A stretch of DNA of 64,000 nt from Octopus sinensis (lineage: Eukaryota): contig NC_043000.1 in assembly GCF_006345805.1 (NCBI RefSeq), forward strand, positions 1,612,001-1,676,000. Direction: 5' to 3'. The translations under genes were made by a program, and so were the position numbers. Shown piece by piece: positions 38,644 through 53,268 of this stretch. Position 1 is the first letter of the stretch; the number at the start of each line of letters is the position of its first letter. Below the pieces are notes generated by a model. That model saw only the letters and a program-made list of their open reading frames with translations. It ran no database searches and was not told the DNA's origin.

Positions 38644-38712
<69 letters not shown>
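38274..38712 (+). mobile_element. CR1-like LINE 3' fragment with open ORF2 C-terminus
   Basis: ORF 38301-38594 with RKHFFTLRVAEAWNKLP; long (TTA)n tail. Confidence 0.85.
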
Positions 38713-39589
38713 ACAAGTATTTATCTGAAAATGAAAATAAAAGTAAAGTTTATAACTTCCTAATTCTTTTAAAGACTCTTTGTATTTCAACTGAATACAT
38801 TTTACATTAAAGGTTGCACTTTAATTGGATAAACAATTTAAGCTTAAACTCTGACCATTCTGTTGTCAGCGAAGCTGGATATCAGACTAGCATTATTAAA
38901 TATTGATCAAGGGCTAAGTATATTTTTCCGTTCACACACGGTGTCACACCATTAGTGAACTGGGCAATTTTTTTTTATTTGTATGAGCTTGTAGATAACG
39001 AATCAGTAAATCCAAAGTCATAAGCATAGTTTGTGCTGGGGTGAAGATGGGACAGAGTTGGGGTGGAGTTAGAGTGTGAGGACGAAAATTATCTAAACTA
39101 ACATAGACACACCCGTTCAGTTCCTCTTTCAAGTCATAGCAGCATTTATGCTTTAACTGTTTCTATTTACGCCCATATATGTGTTATGTATGTGTGACTG
39201 TGTGAGTAAGACGCCCGCTTTTCAACTACATGGCTTCGGGCTCAGTTCCACTGTGTGGCACCTGGGACAAGTGTCTTTTATTATAGCCCCAGGCCGACCA
39301 ATTGCCTTGTGAGTGAATTTGATAGACGGAAACTATGTGGAAGCCTGTTGTATGTGTGTGGGCGCGTTATTTTGTGTTTGTGTTTGTGTTTGCCACTTCC
39401 CACCCACCGCTTGACAACCGGTATTGGTTTGTTACGTCCCCGTGACTTATTTGTTCGGTAAAAGACACTGATGGAATAAGTACCAGACTCAAGATTAGAG
39501 TACTGGGGTCGATTTATTCGACTAAACCCTGCACTAAGTCCAATGGCTGAAACAACGAGTGAAAGATAAAAAGATAAAGGTGTGTGTGT

Positions 39590-39995
39590 GAGTGCTTATA
39601 CTCTTTTACTCATTTACTTGTTTCAGTCATTTGACTGCGGCCATGCTGGAGCACCAACTTTAGTCGAGCAAATCGACCCCAGGACTTATTTTTTTGGAAA
39701 CCTAGTACATATTCTATCGATCTCTTTTGCCGAACCGCTAAGGTACGTGTACGTAAACACACCATCATCGGTTGTCAAGCGATGTTGGGGGGACAAACAC
39801 AGACACACAAACATATAAATATACGTATATACGACGGGCTTCTTTCAGTTTCCGTCTACCAAATCCACTCACAAGGCTTTGGTCAGCCCGAGGCTATAGT
39901 AGAAGACACTTGCCCAAGGTGCCACGCAGTGGGAATGAACCGGAACCATGTGGTTCGTAAGCAAGCTACTTACCACACAGCCACTCCTGCGCCTA
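39590..39995 (-). mobile_element. Family B SINE (a degenerate + copy lies at ~39185-39570)
   Basis: Similarity to the 6898 copy. Confidence 0.85.
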
Positions 39996-40968
39996 TAGTT
40001 TAACAATTCGATCTAGAGAAAAGGGACTGTGCCGATGTTCCTCACAACCCCTTCTCAAACCTGTGAGATTGAACAACTAGAGATCTATGACTAGAGAAAA
40101 TAATAAAAACGTAGACAAGGAGAGAAGATGTTCTGTACAGGGAAGACTGGTCCTAGTGATTAGTGCAGGGACCAAAGATCAGATACAATGGAGATCCTTG
40201 TAAGACCAAAATATTCATCAACACCGCCACCACCACTTCCACTATCCTCATCATCAGCACCTCTATTGCCATCATCCACTACCATTATTATCACCACCAC
40301 CACCACCACCACCACCATCATCATCAACAACATCAACCTTTGCCAAGAGTATGGACAGAACTCTGTTTCTTTAGTTACGCGTCCATTAAGTTCAGTTTAT
40401 CTTTATCTTGGATGCGGCTATGCTGGGGCACTGCTTTGAAGAATTTAGTCGAGCAAATCGACCCCAGTTCTTAATCATTTTTAAAGTCCTTTACATATTT
40501 TATCGGCCTCTTTTTTTCATTTTTCTTTTTTTTTTCCGGTGGCATGAGAAAAAATAACACACACACACACGTGTGTATACATACATACATACATACATAC
40601 ATACATACATACATACATACATACATACATACATACATACATACATGCATGCATGCATACATACATACATACATACATACATACATACATACATACATAC
40701 TATATGTGGCACTCCGTCGGTTAAGGCGACGAGGGTTCCAGATCAACGAAACGGTCTGCTCGTGAAATTGACTGAGCCTTCCACAGACACGTGTACCCTT
40801 AAAGTAATTTTCAGGGAGATTGAACGTCACAGATTGTGACAAGGCTGGCCCTTTGAAATACAGGTATCACTCATTTTTGCCAGCTGAGTGGACTGGGGCA
40901 ACGTGGAATTGAACTCACGACCTTACAGTTGTGAGCCAAATACCTTAACCACAAAGCCATGCGCCTTC

Positions 40969-41012
<44 letters not shown>

Positions 41013-41049
41013 CACACACACATATATATATATAATCATATATATATAA

Positions 41050-41280
41050 GGCGGCGAGCTGGCAGAACCGTTAGAACGCCGGGCGAAATGCGTAGCCGTA
41101 TTTCGTATGCCGTTGCGTTCTGAGTTCAAATTACGCCGAGGTCGACTTGCCTTTCATCCTTTCGGGGTCGATAAATTAAGTACCAGTTACGCACTGGGGT
41201 CGATGGAATCGACTTAATCGCTTTGTCTGTCCTTGTTTGTCCCCTCTGTTCTTAGCTCCTTGTGGATAGTAAAGAAATGT
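41050..41280 (+). mobile_element. Family A SINE monomer (others at ~7990, 12110, 23959-24164 minus, 50580, 55053)
   Basis: Similarity to other family A copies. Confidence 0.88.
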
Positions 41281-42002
41281 ATATATATATATAATCAAAA
41301 TAAGCAACAGGATATCAAGGAGTGATGCAGTACGGCCGTTCCAAGCGGCTTCTGTTGCTTATTTTGATTTTATTCATCTTACTTCGAGGTGTGCGGATAA
41401 TACCGGACTGACTTGGTGCTTCAACTTATGTACCCAGTTCAACTGAATCTCAATTATTTCGTGCGCGCGCGCGTATATATATATATATTATATTATTTAA
41501 TATATATATATATATATATATATACATACATGTGATAAATAAAAATATATGCATACATACAAACATATATGTACGTACCTACATCTACATGTATATATAC
41601 ATGCATGTATAAATAATTATACGTGAGTACAGGACACCACAACAAGACGTAGAAACGGGAAAAACAAGAAAACAGTTACAGGACGTGCTACACAAGGAAA
41701 AAAGACCCCGTCATCAGCTGTCGCTAGTAGACTCAAGCGTGTTTCGAAGGCAAGACAGAACACTAATCCACTAGGCCTTCCTGCGAGAGAATTAAAATAA
41801 AATTCCAAGCAGCGGGGCAAAATGAGTACGAACACGAACAGGCCGTAACAATAAAACTGCGAAAATAAAAATACATGTACAAAAAATACAAATAAATACA
41901 AAACGAGAAAATAAAAAGAGAATACGATACGGGAAATCAAACACACAAGAGGACAAACGAAAAAGCCCTTACACACACACATACAAACGCACACATACAC
42001 GC

Positions 42003-42033
<31 letters not shown>

Positions 42034-42548
42034 CATACATCCCATACACACACACATACGCACGTACAAGCACACACGCACACATACACTAAGTTAAGTA
42101 CAGTTAATCGCCACACACCCAAACTCTACGCATACACACACGAACACACACATACACACACACACACACTACAAACAAAACACACACACGATACGTGTAC
42201 ATACACGCACACACACATACCTCTTTGTTTTTGACCTGTGCTGGACACAAAAATCACCACTCCTTATTCTTACAAACAGGCCTGCTACTGCCTGTTGTTC
42301 GCCACACACACACACACACACCCACACACACACGTGTCTTCATTGCACATAAACACACACACGCGCACCCGCAGGCCTTCACGCACGCACACACCCACAC
42401 ACATTCCTGGTCTTTGAAACTCTCCTGTCTTTAAAAAACTTGATTCGTCTACCTTTCAACTTCCGTTCTTTCAACATGTGACCTCGTGAGCACCGCCAGC
42501 AATTTTTTTTCCTCTGTCTTCCCTTCTCTGGATCTTTCCTTCTCCTTT

Positions 42549-42583
42549 GTTTCCGACGAAGAGCTCCGCTCGAAACGTTAAAC
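42549..42583 (+). ncRNA. Degenerate minimal hammerhead-like fold
   Basis: GTTT-CCGACGA-a-GAGC-tcc-GCTC-GAAA-CG-TT-AAAC; core U4 changed to C, GUU triplet. Confidence 0.4.
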
Positions 42584-42672
42584 CCTCCTTCCCTTCTTTC
42601 CTGAGCGTCAAATAATACTTTATTTGTTCCACGTCCTCGCGTTGCTGTTTTTTTGTGTTTTCTTGTTTGGAT

Positions 42673-42713
<41 letters not shown>

Positions 42714-43572
42714 AACGGTCTTCTTTCAGTTTCGCTCTACCAAATACAGTCACAAGGATTTGGTTGGCCCGGGTCTATAGAAGACACTTGTCCAAGGTAC
42801 CACGCAGTGGAACTGAACCCGGGATCTTGTAGTTAAGAAGCAAACTTCTTATCGCACACCCACGCCTGCACCTAGTTCCCCGATGGTTTGTAAATATTTT
42901 GTACGCTATGGGAGTCTTTGATATGCAACCTGTTCTCTGAATCTTCTTTGTTTCTTTGTTTCTTGAATTGTTACTTCTGGTTTTGAAGCCAGTACAGCAA
43001 CCTTGCAATTTAGACGTCAATCTCGCAGCCCGCCTATCATTAGTTTGTTCCTTTTCAATGGAATGGCCATAGATAAGAGAGACACCTCCGCTCTTTACCT
43101 ATCGAAATTGTTGCAGGACATACATGTAACGACAGGAAGGAATGGGTAAGCGGGGGTGGGTGTAGAAAGGGATAAGGTGGTGCCGAGAAAACCGGATAAC
43201 TCTAGAATACCATGCAGCATAGTAACTAAGTGATAGTTACTATTTACTATGATTAATAATAGTTCAACCCTACCTTAGCTACATAATGTAGCCATTTCTG
43301 TGTCAGCATGAAGAGATCAACAATAAGGGTGAAACTAAACACTCTGTTATCACGTGTCATATTATGATGCAATGCCAATAATGTCGTTATTCTACGACTA
43401 ATAACTTTTCGGCCAGATTAAATGTTTGAAGTAAATGGATATTGTCTACAGAGTGGTTAGGTTTAGGAGTCGTGTGTACATGAGGTGACAGTGTACTGAT
43501 TTATAGGCACAGCCCACTGCTATACATACATACACACATATATATGAATATACATACATAGATATATATATA

Positions 43573-43617
<45 letters not shown>

Positions 43618-43822
43618 TATATATATATATATATAATAAGAGACAAATGAATTATCTTATTACGGATAATTCGAAAGATAACCGATACCTGGGTAGCAAA
43701 CTCACAACATATGTCAAAAATATAAAATATAAAATAAAGGAATTTTGTTAAATCTTCGTTCAGCTCCATTCTTTCCTATACTTTATATATATATATATAT
43801 ATACATACATACATACATATAT

Positions 43823-43898
<76 letters not shown>

Positions 43899-44265
43899 TG
43901 TATGTATGTATGTATGTGTGCCCGATGAGATGCGCCCACGAAACTTTAAGTCACACAGAGCTGGCGGGAAGCAGGCAGAATAGTTAGCATGCCGGGCAAA
44001 ATGCTTGGCTATATTTTACGTTCTAAGTCCAATTCTGCTGAGATCAAATTTACCATTCATCCTTTCATGGTCGATAAAATACGTACCAGTTGAGCACTGG
44101 GGTTCTTGTAATCGACTTAACCACTCCTCCGAAATTGCTGTCGTTGTGCCAAAATTTGAAACATATATGTATAGAAAAATGTGTCGCTCCAGAAGGATTT
44201 CAGTTTGGACAACTTTCATGATTGTTTCATATTTAGATGCTTTTATTAAATCCATTTGGCCAACC

Positions 44266-44347
<82 letters not shown>

Positions 44348-44348
44348 G

Positions 44349-44406
<58 letters not shown>

Positions 44407-44535
44407 GATCTATCTATCTATCTTTCTCCTTCTCTCTCTCCCCCTCTCTCTCTCCTCTCTCCCTCCTCTCTCTCTCTTCTCTCTCTCTCTCTCTCTCTTC
44501 TATATATATATATTATATATATATATATATAATAT
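44266..44535. repeat. (TCTA)n/(TC)n/(TA)n compound microsatellite
   Basis: Direct inspection. Confidence 0.95.
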
Positions 44536-44951
44536 ATATTACTTGTTTCAGTCATCGGACTGCGGCATGCTGGGGTACTGCCTTGAAGAGTTTTAGTCGA
44601 ACAAATCGACCCCGTGATTTTTTTGCTTTAAGGCTGGTACTATTCTATCGGACTCTTATTGCCGAACCGCTAAGTTACGGGGACGAAACGCACTAACACT
44701 GGTTATCAAGAGTTGATTGAAAGGGGACAAACACAGACATAAAAACACTTACATATACATACATACATATATAATATATATATCTATATATATATAAAAT
44801 ATAATATATATATATGCATACATTACATACATACATACTACATATATATATATATAGAGATATAATATATATATGCATACATACATACATATGTAATATA
44901 TATATAATATATATATATGCATTACATACATACATACATACATACATACAC

Positions 44952-45040
<89 letters not shown>

Positions 45041-45733
45041 GGGACTCATTAGACGTAAGTAATATTAGACAAAAAACGAGTTCCTGGAAGATCTCTTCTG
45101 GCATGAGGAAGCAGTCAGAAAGTTGCTACCTTGCAAACAAAGACTTTCACTCTAATGAACATAAAAACAGAGCCAAGTAATTGATTGGATCCCATAAGAC
45201 TGTATCCAAATTTCTGTGGCGTCAAAATGCCCCAATTTTGATGTAACTGTGACAAAAATGAAACATTCATTTCCCTAAAATCTGAAGTGAAAAAGTTTCT
45301 AGAAAAATTCTTTTGTTTCATAATGAGGATATAATTTATTTTATTGCATTTATTTGATACTTTTTTATATTTTAATTGTATTCTCCATATCGATTCAATA
45401 AACCTTTTGAATTCAAAGAATCTGTGATTTTCTTTCTTTCAAATCAAGGGGGTAACTTCGGTGTAAAAGAATATATTTTGGGGTAATTGGATAAAAATGT
45501 TCCCCAACCCCTGCTATAGTAGAAGACACATGCCCGAAATGCCGTGGAATAGGACTGAGCCCAGAACAATGTGGTTGAATAACAAGCTTCTTACCACACA
45601 GCCACATATATATAGGGTATTCAGATGAAAATGGGTACCGCGTTATGAGTACCCTGTCTACTGTACCCTGTCTACATAGTATTTACTCTACCCTGTCTAC
45701 AAAGCATTTATTCTGACCCTTCCGTACCCAAGC

Positions 45734-46120
45734 GTAGGAGTGGCTGTGTGGTAAGTAGCTTGCTTACGAACCACATGGTTCTGGGTTCAGTCTCACTGAG
45801 TGGAACTTTGGGCAAGTGTCTTCTACTATAGTCTCGGGTCGACAGAAGCCTTGTGAGTGGATTTGGCAGACGGAAACTGAAAGAAGCCAGTTGTATATAT
45901 GTATATATATATATGTGTGTGTGTGTATATGTTTGTGTATATGTGCTTGTCCTTTCAACATCGCTTGACAACCGATACTGGTGTGTTTACGTCCCTGTAA
46001 CTTAGCGGTTTGGCAAAAGAGACCGATAGAGTAAGTACTAGTCGATTTGCTCGACTAAAGGCGGTGCTCCAGCATGGCCACAGTCAAATGACTGAAACAA
46101 GTAAAAGAGTAAAAGAGTAA
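45734..46120 (+). mobile_element. Family B SINE
   Basis: Similarity to the 6898 copy. Confidence 0.88.
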
Positions 46121-46192
46121 GCATCATCTACGTACAACCTAGTCATTTCACATTAATCTTGTACAAATTCTGTGAAATAAGTCCTCAGAAAT

Positions 46193-46257
<65 letters not shown>

Positions 46258-46949
46258 TCTCTCTCTTCATTATATCGTTCATTTCCCCTCACAGGCTGAA
46301 CTTGTTATTCCTCTGACGTGTTTGATACAGTCAAAGTCATTAGTTATAGCCATAAACTAGAACATATCGCGAATCAGACCATTTCTGAAATCGTCATCAA
46401 GTCTCAATTAACGTGACACGATGACGACCTAATAAATGATCATACTCTCCACTCACTCCCCCCGCCCCATGCCCACCCCTAAAAATTATGAAATAAAACA
46501 AAGTAGTGTACACATCAAGTTATCATGAAACCCAGTCCCCAGTAACTGCAAGGACACCAATGTTAAAGACCGACTTTCAAGACCTATGCAAACATATATT
46601 ATATCGTTCACATAGCAAAATCAATGAGCAATTTCTAGCAGGAAGCAAAAGTGTGTTAGATGTTATTTTACTCTCTTCACTGAAACAAGATTTTAATGGT
46701 AATCCTTTAATGTTATTATACATAATTGCATCCTCGATATAACATTTAACTTGTCAAAGCCTCATGTTATATAACGTCCACAGTATTGCGCATGATGTAT
46801 TACGTATGCTTCTCTCCTCTATGCTTCGCTTAGAAGTTGCAGATAATTCTTGTTACGCGGATGACATGCGAATAGTTCTTGCTTTCTGAACTTCCGCTTA
46901 GTGAGTTTATATCTTCACAAAAAATTTCTCTGGCAGAAATGAAAAAAAA

Positions 46950-47680
46950 AGGCGGCGAGCTGGCAGAAACGTTAGCACGCCGGGCGAAATGCTTTGCAGT
47001 ATTTCGTCTGGCGCTACGTTCTGAGTTCAAATTCCGCCGAGGTCGACTTTGCCTTTCATCCTTTCAGGGTCGATGAAATAAGTACCAGTTACGCACTGGG
47101 GTCGATATAATCGACTTAATCCGTCTGTCTGTCTGTCCTTGTTTGTCCCCTCTATGTTTAGCCCCTTGTGGGCAATAAAGAAATAAGAAATGAAAAAAAA
47201 AAGAAGTATTATTTTATTTTATATAAATTTTTATTTTTAGTAAATTTGTACGTAATTTAATAGGCGCTGCTCTCCCTGCCCCCCCCCCAAAAAAAACCAT
47301 GTACCTATTTCTTTACTACCCACAAGGGGCTGAACACAGAGGGGACGAACAAGGACAAAGGGATTAAGTCGATTATATCGACCCCAGTGCGTAACTGGTA
47401 CTTATTTAATCGACTGCGAAAGGATGAAAGGCAAAGTCGACCTCGGCGTAATTTGAACTCAGAACGTAGCGGCAGGCGAAATACCTATTTCTATTTCTTT
47501 ACTACCCACAAGGGGCTAAACACAGAGGGGACGAACAAGGACAAACGGATTAAGTCGATTATATCGACCCCAGTGCAAAGTCGACCTCGGCGGAATTTGA
47601 ACTCAGAACGTAGCGGTAGACGAAATACTGCTAAGCATTTCGCCCAGGGTGCTAACGTCTCTGCCAGTTCGCCGCCTTTC
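46950..47680. mobile_element. Cluster of family A SINEs: + monomer 46950-47130 and - concatemer 47297-47680
   Basis: Similarity to other family A copies. Confidence 0.85.
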
Positions 47681-47868
47681 CAAAAAAACCATGTACCACA
47701 AGATGAATATGCCCGTCAGCTGAGCCAAAGGCCACATTAGGTTGACGAGTATAAGCAAGCCATCAGCCTCCCTTACTCGGCATTATCGCATTTGCTTCAG
47801 TTCAACGAACTGTTATTAGCCAAGCGAACGTTAACACGGCATCTTAGCTTTTCTTTCGTTTATGCTCA

Positions 47869-48247
47869 CTCTATATAAACGGCAGTTTGTCTGTCTGCGT
47901 GTCTGTGTGTCTGTTAGGTTGTACCCTCACCCCGACCACGGCTTTCAACCGATTCTGATGAAACTTGACACACACATAGCCCAATGTCATAATTCAAAAC
48001 TAACGCTGCGAAAATTTTGAAAAGTTCCCCCAGTTCTGAAAGAAATCGATAAATTCGACATGGGGTCGAGAATCAGAAACACAAACCACAGACTGTCTAG
48101 GGGACGCAACTCGACCTTTTTAACTCAAAAAAAATTTACCATCATTTTTTTTCCATTTTTTTGCTATTTTTTTGCTATAACTCTCTAAAAATGCTTTATA
48201 GTTATTTCCCTTACAAACCCGAGCAACGCCGGGTGATACTGCTAGTT
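47869..48247 (-). mobile_element. Non-autonomous Helitron/Helentron-like element, same family as 56533
   Basis: Reverse-complement ends actagcagtatcacccggcgttgctcggg and cagacagacaaactgccgtttatatagag. Confidence 0.7.
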
Positions 48248-48559
48248 TATGATAAAAATTTTATTTTCGAAACCAAATTCATGATTATTATAACCAGGAC
48301 AGACAGATTTATAAAGAGCGAAGAGGACAATTATCCTGGGCCTCCGGTAGATATTGGAGGCCCTCTGCTACGAAGGATATGTAGCACTCAATGCAGGAAG
48401 CCCCCCCCACCACCACCACCACCTCCCAGCAATCAAGGCATGAAGAGGCTCTCTCTCAATATACAAAGGCATCTTGAGTTCTTAAACAACGTAATGAATT
48501 CTCTTTTATGATAAACGAGCAAAACGCCCCCCCCCCGTCCAATGGACGGTGCTGAGTTG

Positions 48560-48886
48560 TCAAACATTTAAACCAAATTTTCTCAAAACAACTTGTCCGA
48601 CCGTCCCATAGGCTTCCTCTTTGAGAAACACTGATCTAACCTAAATTTGAGATACCAGCAAAAGAAGAAATAAAGATAGGCTTTTTTTCTATTCCAAAGA
48701 AAAACGATTTTATTCACTTTATCGATCGCATTCTCACCTGGAATCGATTTTTGTAATTTTTTCAAGACTTATACACGCTCTGATACCGTCGGTATCTACA
48801 TATCAAATTTGAGTGCAATCGGATGGAGGATGCCCGAGATCCTAGAAGACACACACACACAGACAGAATGGATTTTATATAATAGA
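48560..48886 (+). mobile_element. Helitron-like 3' fragment
   Basis: catatcaaatttgagtgcaatcgg...acacacacagacagaatggattttatataatagat terminus. Confidence 0.5.
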
Positions 48887-48920
48887 TATCCATAGATTTT
48901 GCTACTTTAGAGACACTAAT

Positions 48921-49140
48921 TCAAACGCGTATCAGCATGCCACAATCCACCGAGTTGATCGCTGTTGTTATTCGATGTTTAAGGTCATCGGGGTTAGTGG
49001 GTAGCGGTTGACCATAAACACGATCTTTTACATAACCCCACAAGAAAAAATCACGGTGAGGTATGGGGATCTCGCAGGCCAAGCACAAAGAGCGTCTGGG
49101 AGGACTTCTCTTATCGCATTGATGTTGGCCCCGTGCTGCA
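48921..49140 (-). mobile_element. Tc1/mariner transposase C-terminal relic
   Basis: DFFLWGYVKDRVYGQPLPTNPDDLKHRITTAINSV motif. Confidence 0.8.
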
Positions 49141-49469
49141 GGTGGTGGCCACACTGAAAACTTGTAAGACAGGAAATAAAAGTTGATTGTGAGTAAATAC
49201 TTGTGACTTAGCTGGAGTTTTCTATTGCTTTTCCTTATTGAAATACTGCGCAATGAAATCGGTTCATTCTTTTTGAATAACCCTGTAAAATTACATCTCT
49301 CAACAGCTAAAAGCATTTGTTTGTTTTTGTTTTATTTGTTTTGTTTTTTTTTTCTAGATGGGGTTAGAATCATTGCATTTGTGTTCAAATGTTTTTCAGT
49401 TAACCGAACCTTCTTTCTTTCATATTTTTCCTATATTTTCCGTCATTCTGTCAAACACTTGAAATTACT

Positions 49470-49968
49470 GTCAAACACTTGACATGACATGCATAAGATC
49501 TGGTCATCAAATCTAAGTAGAGATTTCAAACTTGAAATATTCAAAGCCACAGTCGAACCAATTCTACTATATGGCTCAGAAACCTGGACGTTATCAAAGA
49601 AGCTTGAGAGGCAGTTGGATGGAACCTGCACTCGCCTCCTTATGAGAGCTCAAAATCTCTCGTGGAAGCGCCATCCAACCAAAGTACAAATATATGGGAA
49701 ACTACCACCTGTGTCATCTCTTGTGATAGGTAGGAGAGTCCAGTTTGCTGGACATTGTTGTAGAGCTGAAAAAGAAGTAATTTCTACTCTTCTCCTCTGG
49801 AAGCCATCTACTCGCAATACCAGAGGGCGCACACTCTCCTACCCTGATGTAATCTCCAGGGATACAGGCATCCAGCAACAGGACCTCCGTAATGCCATGA
49901 TGGACCGTGAAGTCTGGCGTAGCATGGTAAATTCCATTGTCTCGACCACGGTCGAACAATGATGATGA
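49470..49968 (+). mobile_element. 5'-truncated RTE-clade LINE
   Basis: ORF 49489-49962 (FKATVEPILLYGSETWTLSKK...VQFAGHC...DREVWR), (TGA)n tail, 10-bp TSD tgaaattact at 49460-49469 and 49969-49978. Confidence 0.9.
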
Positions 49969-51557
49969 TGAAATTACTCCATGGAAGTGGGGCAAAGCTG
50001 GTAACTGGGTCAAAATGAGTAATTCCCGATTTCTTGTTATTGTTTCCCAACCATTACACTGCAAGTATTGCATTTCCATTTTGTATCATTGCATCGTCTT
50101 TGGGAATAAAAATTGGTCAGTATAGTTGTAGTCGTTGTTGAAATTGAGAGAGTTCGAAACATAGGTAACAGGTACTTTTTCCTCAAGAAATTTTCCCTCA
50201 ACTTCGACCCAATTGTAATTGAGGAAGCTAATAAAATATCTGGATAATTTTTTATGTTTAGCCATCAGTATTCTTTTCTCTGTTGGATTCTACATCAATT
50301 TTTTTCCCACACTAATATCTAATTTGATAATCTTGAAGTTTTTTAAAAATAAAGTGTCTAAATTGGGACAAAATGAATAATGACTAATTTTAATAACTAC
50401 TTCTTTTTAACTGCATGGTGCATAAAGATATATGGAATAATGTCACTCCAGCAGAAGCTATAGAATATATTTTATATTGAGTTTTTAGATTTAGTCGAGC
50501 TTCGTTCATTTCATATCATGTGCTATTTTTCCATAACCCTCTGTCATTTGACCAAGATATTAAAAATTTTTGTGGCATAAGGCGGCGAGCTGGCTGAACC
50601 GTTAGCACGCCGGGCAAAATGCGTAGCTGTATTTCGTCTGCCGTTACGTTCTGAGTTCAAATTCCGCCGAGGTCGACTTTGCCTTTCATCCTTTCGGGGT
50701 CGATGTAGTCGACTTAATCCGTTTGTCTGTCCTTGTTTGTCCCCTCTATGTTTAGCCCCTTGTGGGTAATAAAGAAACAGATATTTAAAATTTTTGTTGC
50801 ATTTCTGATCTTTCCGTTGTCTAAAGATGGATGTTTATGTGTATGAATCTTTTTTCAAATGTTATTCTGGAGAATTGGAGAGGCAAATTTACCTTAACAT
50901 GTCTTACTCATTTTGCCCCGTCTAAATTTGTCTTTTATATGCACAAAGAGTATGGTGATAATTTTCTGAAATAGTGCTCTGAATATGTTAGTTTAAACTG
51001 CTTTTAGAGAAGGTCTTTACTTATAGTTTTGGCAAGGTATTGAACGTTTGTAAAAGATATATTTTCTTCAAATTCAAAAATGCAGTAAATATTACTCATT
51101 GTGCCCCAGCTACTACTACTGGAAACTGGAAGAGCAAACTTTCGGAATAGCTGTTTGAATTGCCCTATTTTTGTCGGGATTTTCCTTTTTCTTTTCATTG
51201 AAAATTGCATCTATAAAGCGACCTTTTAAATGGGTTTTGAAATTTAGATTTGCTAATTTTCTAAGATTTTTATTCTTGTGTACAAGGGGCCCACCGAACT
51301 TGAAATGCACCAGTCGCCCCTTCTGGCTTAAATCCGGTCCTGATCATAATATTTCTACGAGAACATACCTTCCACCTTACAACTTTTTGATTAATGAACA
51401 ATATTAGGAACGAATTAACTTGTGCAGTAGTCGAGAACTTTGTGTAATTTAAGTGTTACAGGTAGTTACTCTGAGAGACTACTTCTTTGTAACTGGACTT
51501 GTGAATCCCGGATTGGATTACGTAGTGAAATGTAGGTCCATAAAGTTTAGTCAAGAG

Positions 51558-52050
51558 CAGGGGTTACCAAGCTTTCTTTTACGGTGGGCCAGGTAACTGA
51601 GAAAATGCCGAGCGCGGGTTGCGTAACCATTTTGTTCAATACAATACAGAGAATACACAAAAAATAGAGATAACCATATTTATTTACCAAAAGATCTTCA
51701 AAGAAGGCGACTTTAGTAAAAGATAGTTATATCACATCCAGTGCGCACATATCCGAATATCACAAGCTAAACAGCAAAAAAGGTTAGTGAGATTTGTAAA
51801 ACTGGTGTTTAGCTTTTAAGATATCATCAATATTTGCTTTGGAGTTGCTGCATCCAACCAAGAGAATTGCTTTCAAATGTTCATCAGTCAACATCGTTCG
51901 ATGTGCTGACTATACATACTTCATCTTCGAAAATGTTTACTCACAGACATAAGTTGTTCCAAACACTGATGCCATACCAGAGGCAAATGAACTCTCATTG
52001 CAGGTACTTTCACAAAAGGTATAGTACGGCGGCGGGCCGTAGTTTGGTGA
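51558..52050 (-). mobile_element. hAT transposon 3' end (dimerization-domain relic plus TIR)
   Basis: SVFGTTYVCE*TFSKMKYV*SAHRTMLTDEHLKAIL; CAGGGGTT terminus at 51558. Confidence 0.75.
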
Positions 52051-52802
52051 CCCCTGGACCATGGGATTGCTAACGATACTTCTTGAAGAAAGGAATTGAA
52101 GTTTAGAAAACTGTTATTCCTTTTGGCGAAAAAGTGGTTTGGAAAAATCTACATAGCTTGGATTCTGATAAAGTGTTGTGTTGTTATTTGTATGTAATTA
52201 ATTTGCATGCATTACGTACGAGCAATGGGGATGGTATTATTTCTGTAGGAGGAACAACTGCACTTGTAGAAACATGTGATATAAATGGAGGGTAAGAACT
52301 GGGTTGATAAACAGGTCTCGTGCACTGTTAGTAAACAGCCGAAGCAGAGGAAAACTGAGGTAGTTATGGCAAGAAGTGATGGGGCGGGTGGGTTAGATGT
52401 CTGGATGATATAGGCAGTGGGTCTCCGAGACTAAAACTATAGCAGAGTCGAGAATAATGACAAAATATTGTATTTCACAGCTATACATCCCATGACAACA
52501 TGGAAAAAAAATAAATAAAGCAGGTTTAAAACGACGACGACGATGATTGTAATGATGACGATAGCTATGGTGGTTTTGGTGGTGGTGGTGGTGGTGGTGG
52601 TGGTGTGGTGGTGGTGGTGATGGTGTCGGCGTCTTGTGGGGAGGTGATGACGATAATGACGGTTTTATATCAGCTTTACAAAATTACACAATATTTTCAA
52701 CGGTATCTATTTCATATGGGCTATATAAAGACATCAGTATCTAAGTAAAACAGAAAAAGAGATAGATGGATAAATTAGATAGTGAGATAGATAGATAAAG
52801 AG

Positions 52803-52843
<41 letters not shown>

Positions 52844-52950
52844 CGTGTGACAGAGTGTGGGTAAAAAGGAAAGCATGTACATGTGTGTGTGCGTATATGT
52901 ATGTATGTTTGTATGTGTGTGTGTGTGTGTGTGTGTATGTGAGTGTGTGC

Positions 52951-53018
<68 letters not shown>

Positions 53019-53149
53019 ATATATATATTATATATATATATACATATTTACATATATACCCACACATACACACACACACACATAATTGTATCAAGGCCCA
53101 ATAATCCTTGAAGGGATGCTAGCATGTGACTCCCTTTTGGAAAAAATTT

Positions 53150-53268
53150 TCCCTGATGAAATATCCAATTAACCAGTTTCAATACGAAAATTTAAATTAA
53201 ATTAATTTGATTTAATCTGATTTAATTTCTGTAATTGAACTAATTGGATACGGAAACGGCTGTAGGGC
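53150..53268 (+). ncRNA. Degenerate hammerhead-like fold with long loop 2
   Basis: CC-CTGATGA-aa-TATCCAATTA..(~70 nt)..TAATTGGATA-cg-GAAA-CGGCTG-TA-GG; perfect 10-bp helix II stem with mismatched base, very short helix I. Confidence 0.45.

Noticed and set aside
41700-41760. Minus-strand GAAA...CTGATGA as a type II hammerhead (similar case at 54270-54310)
   Set aside because: Helices I and II do not pair convincingly; at most a decayed relic.
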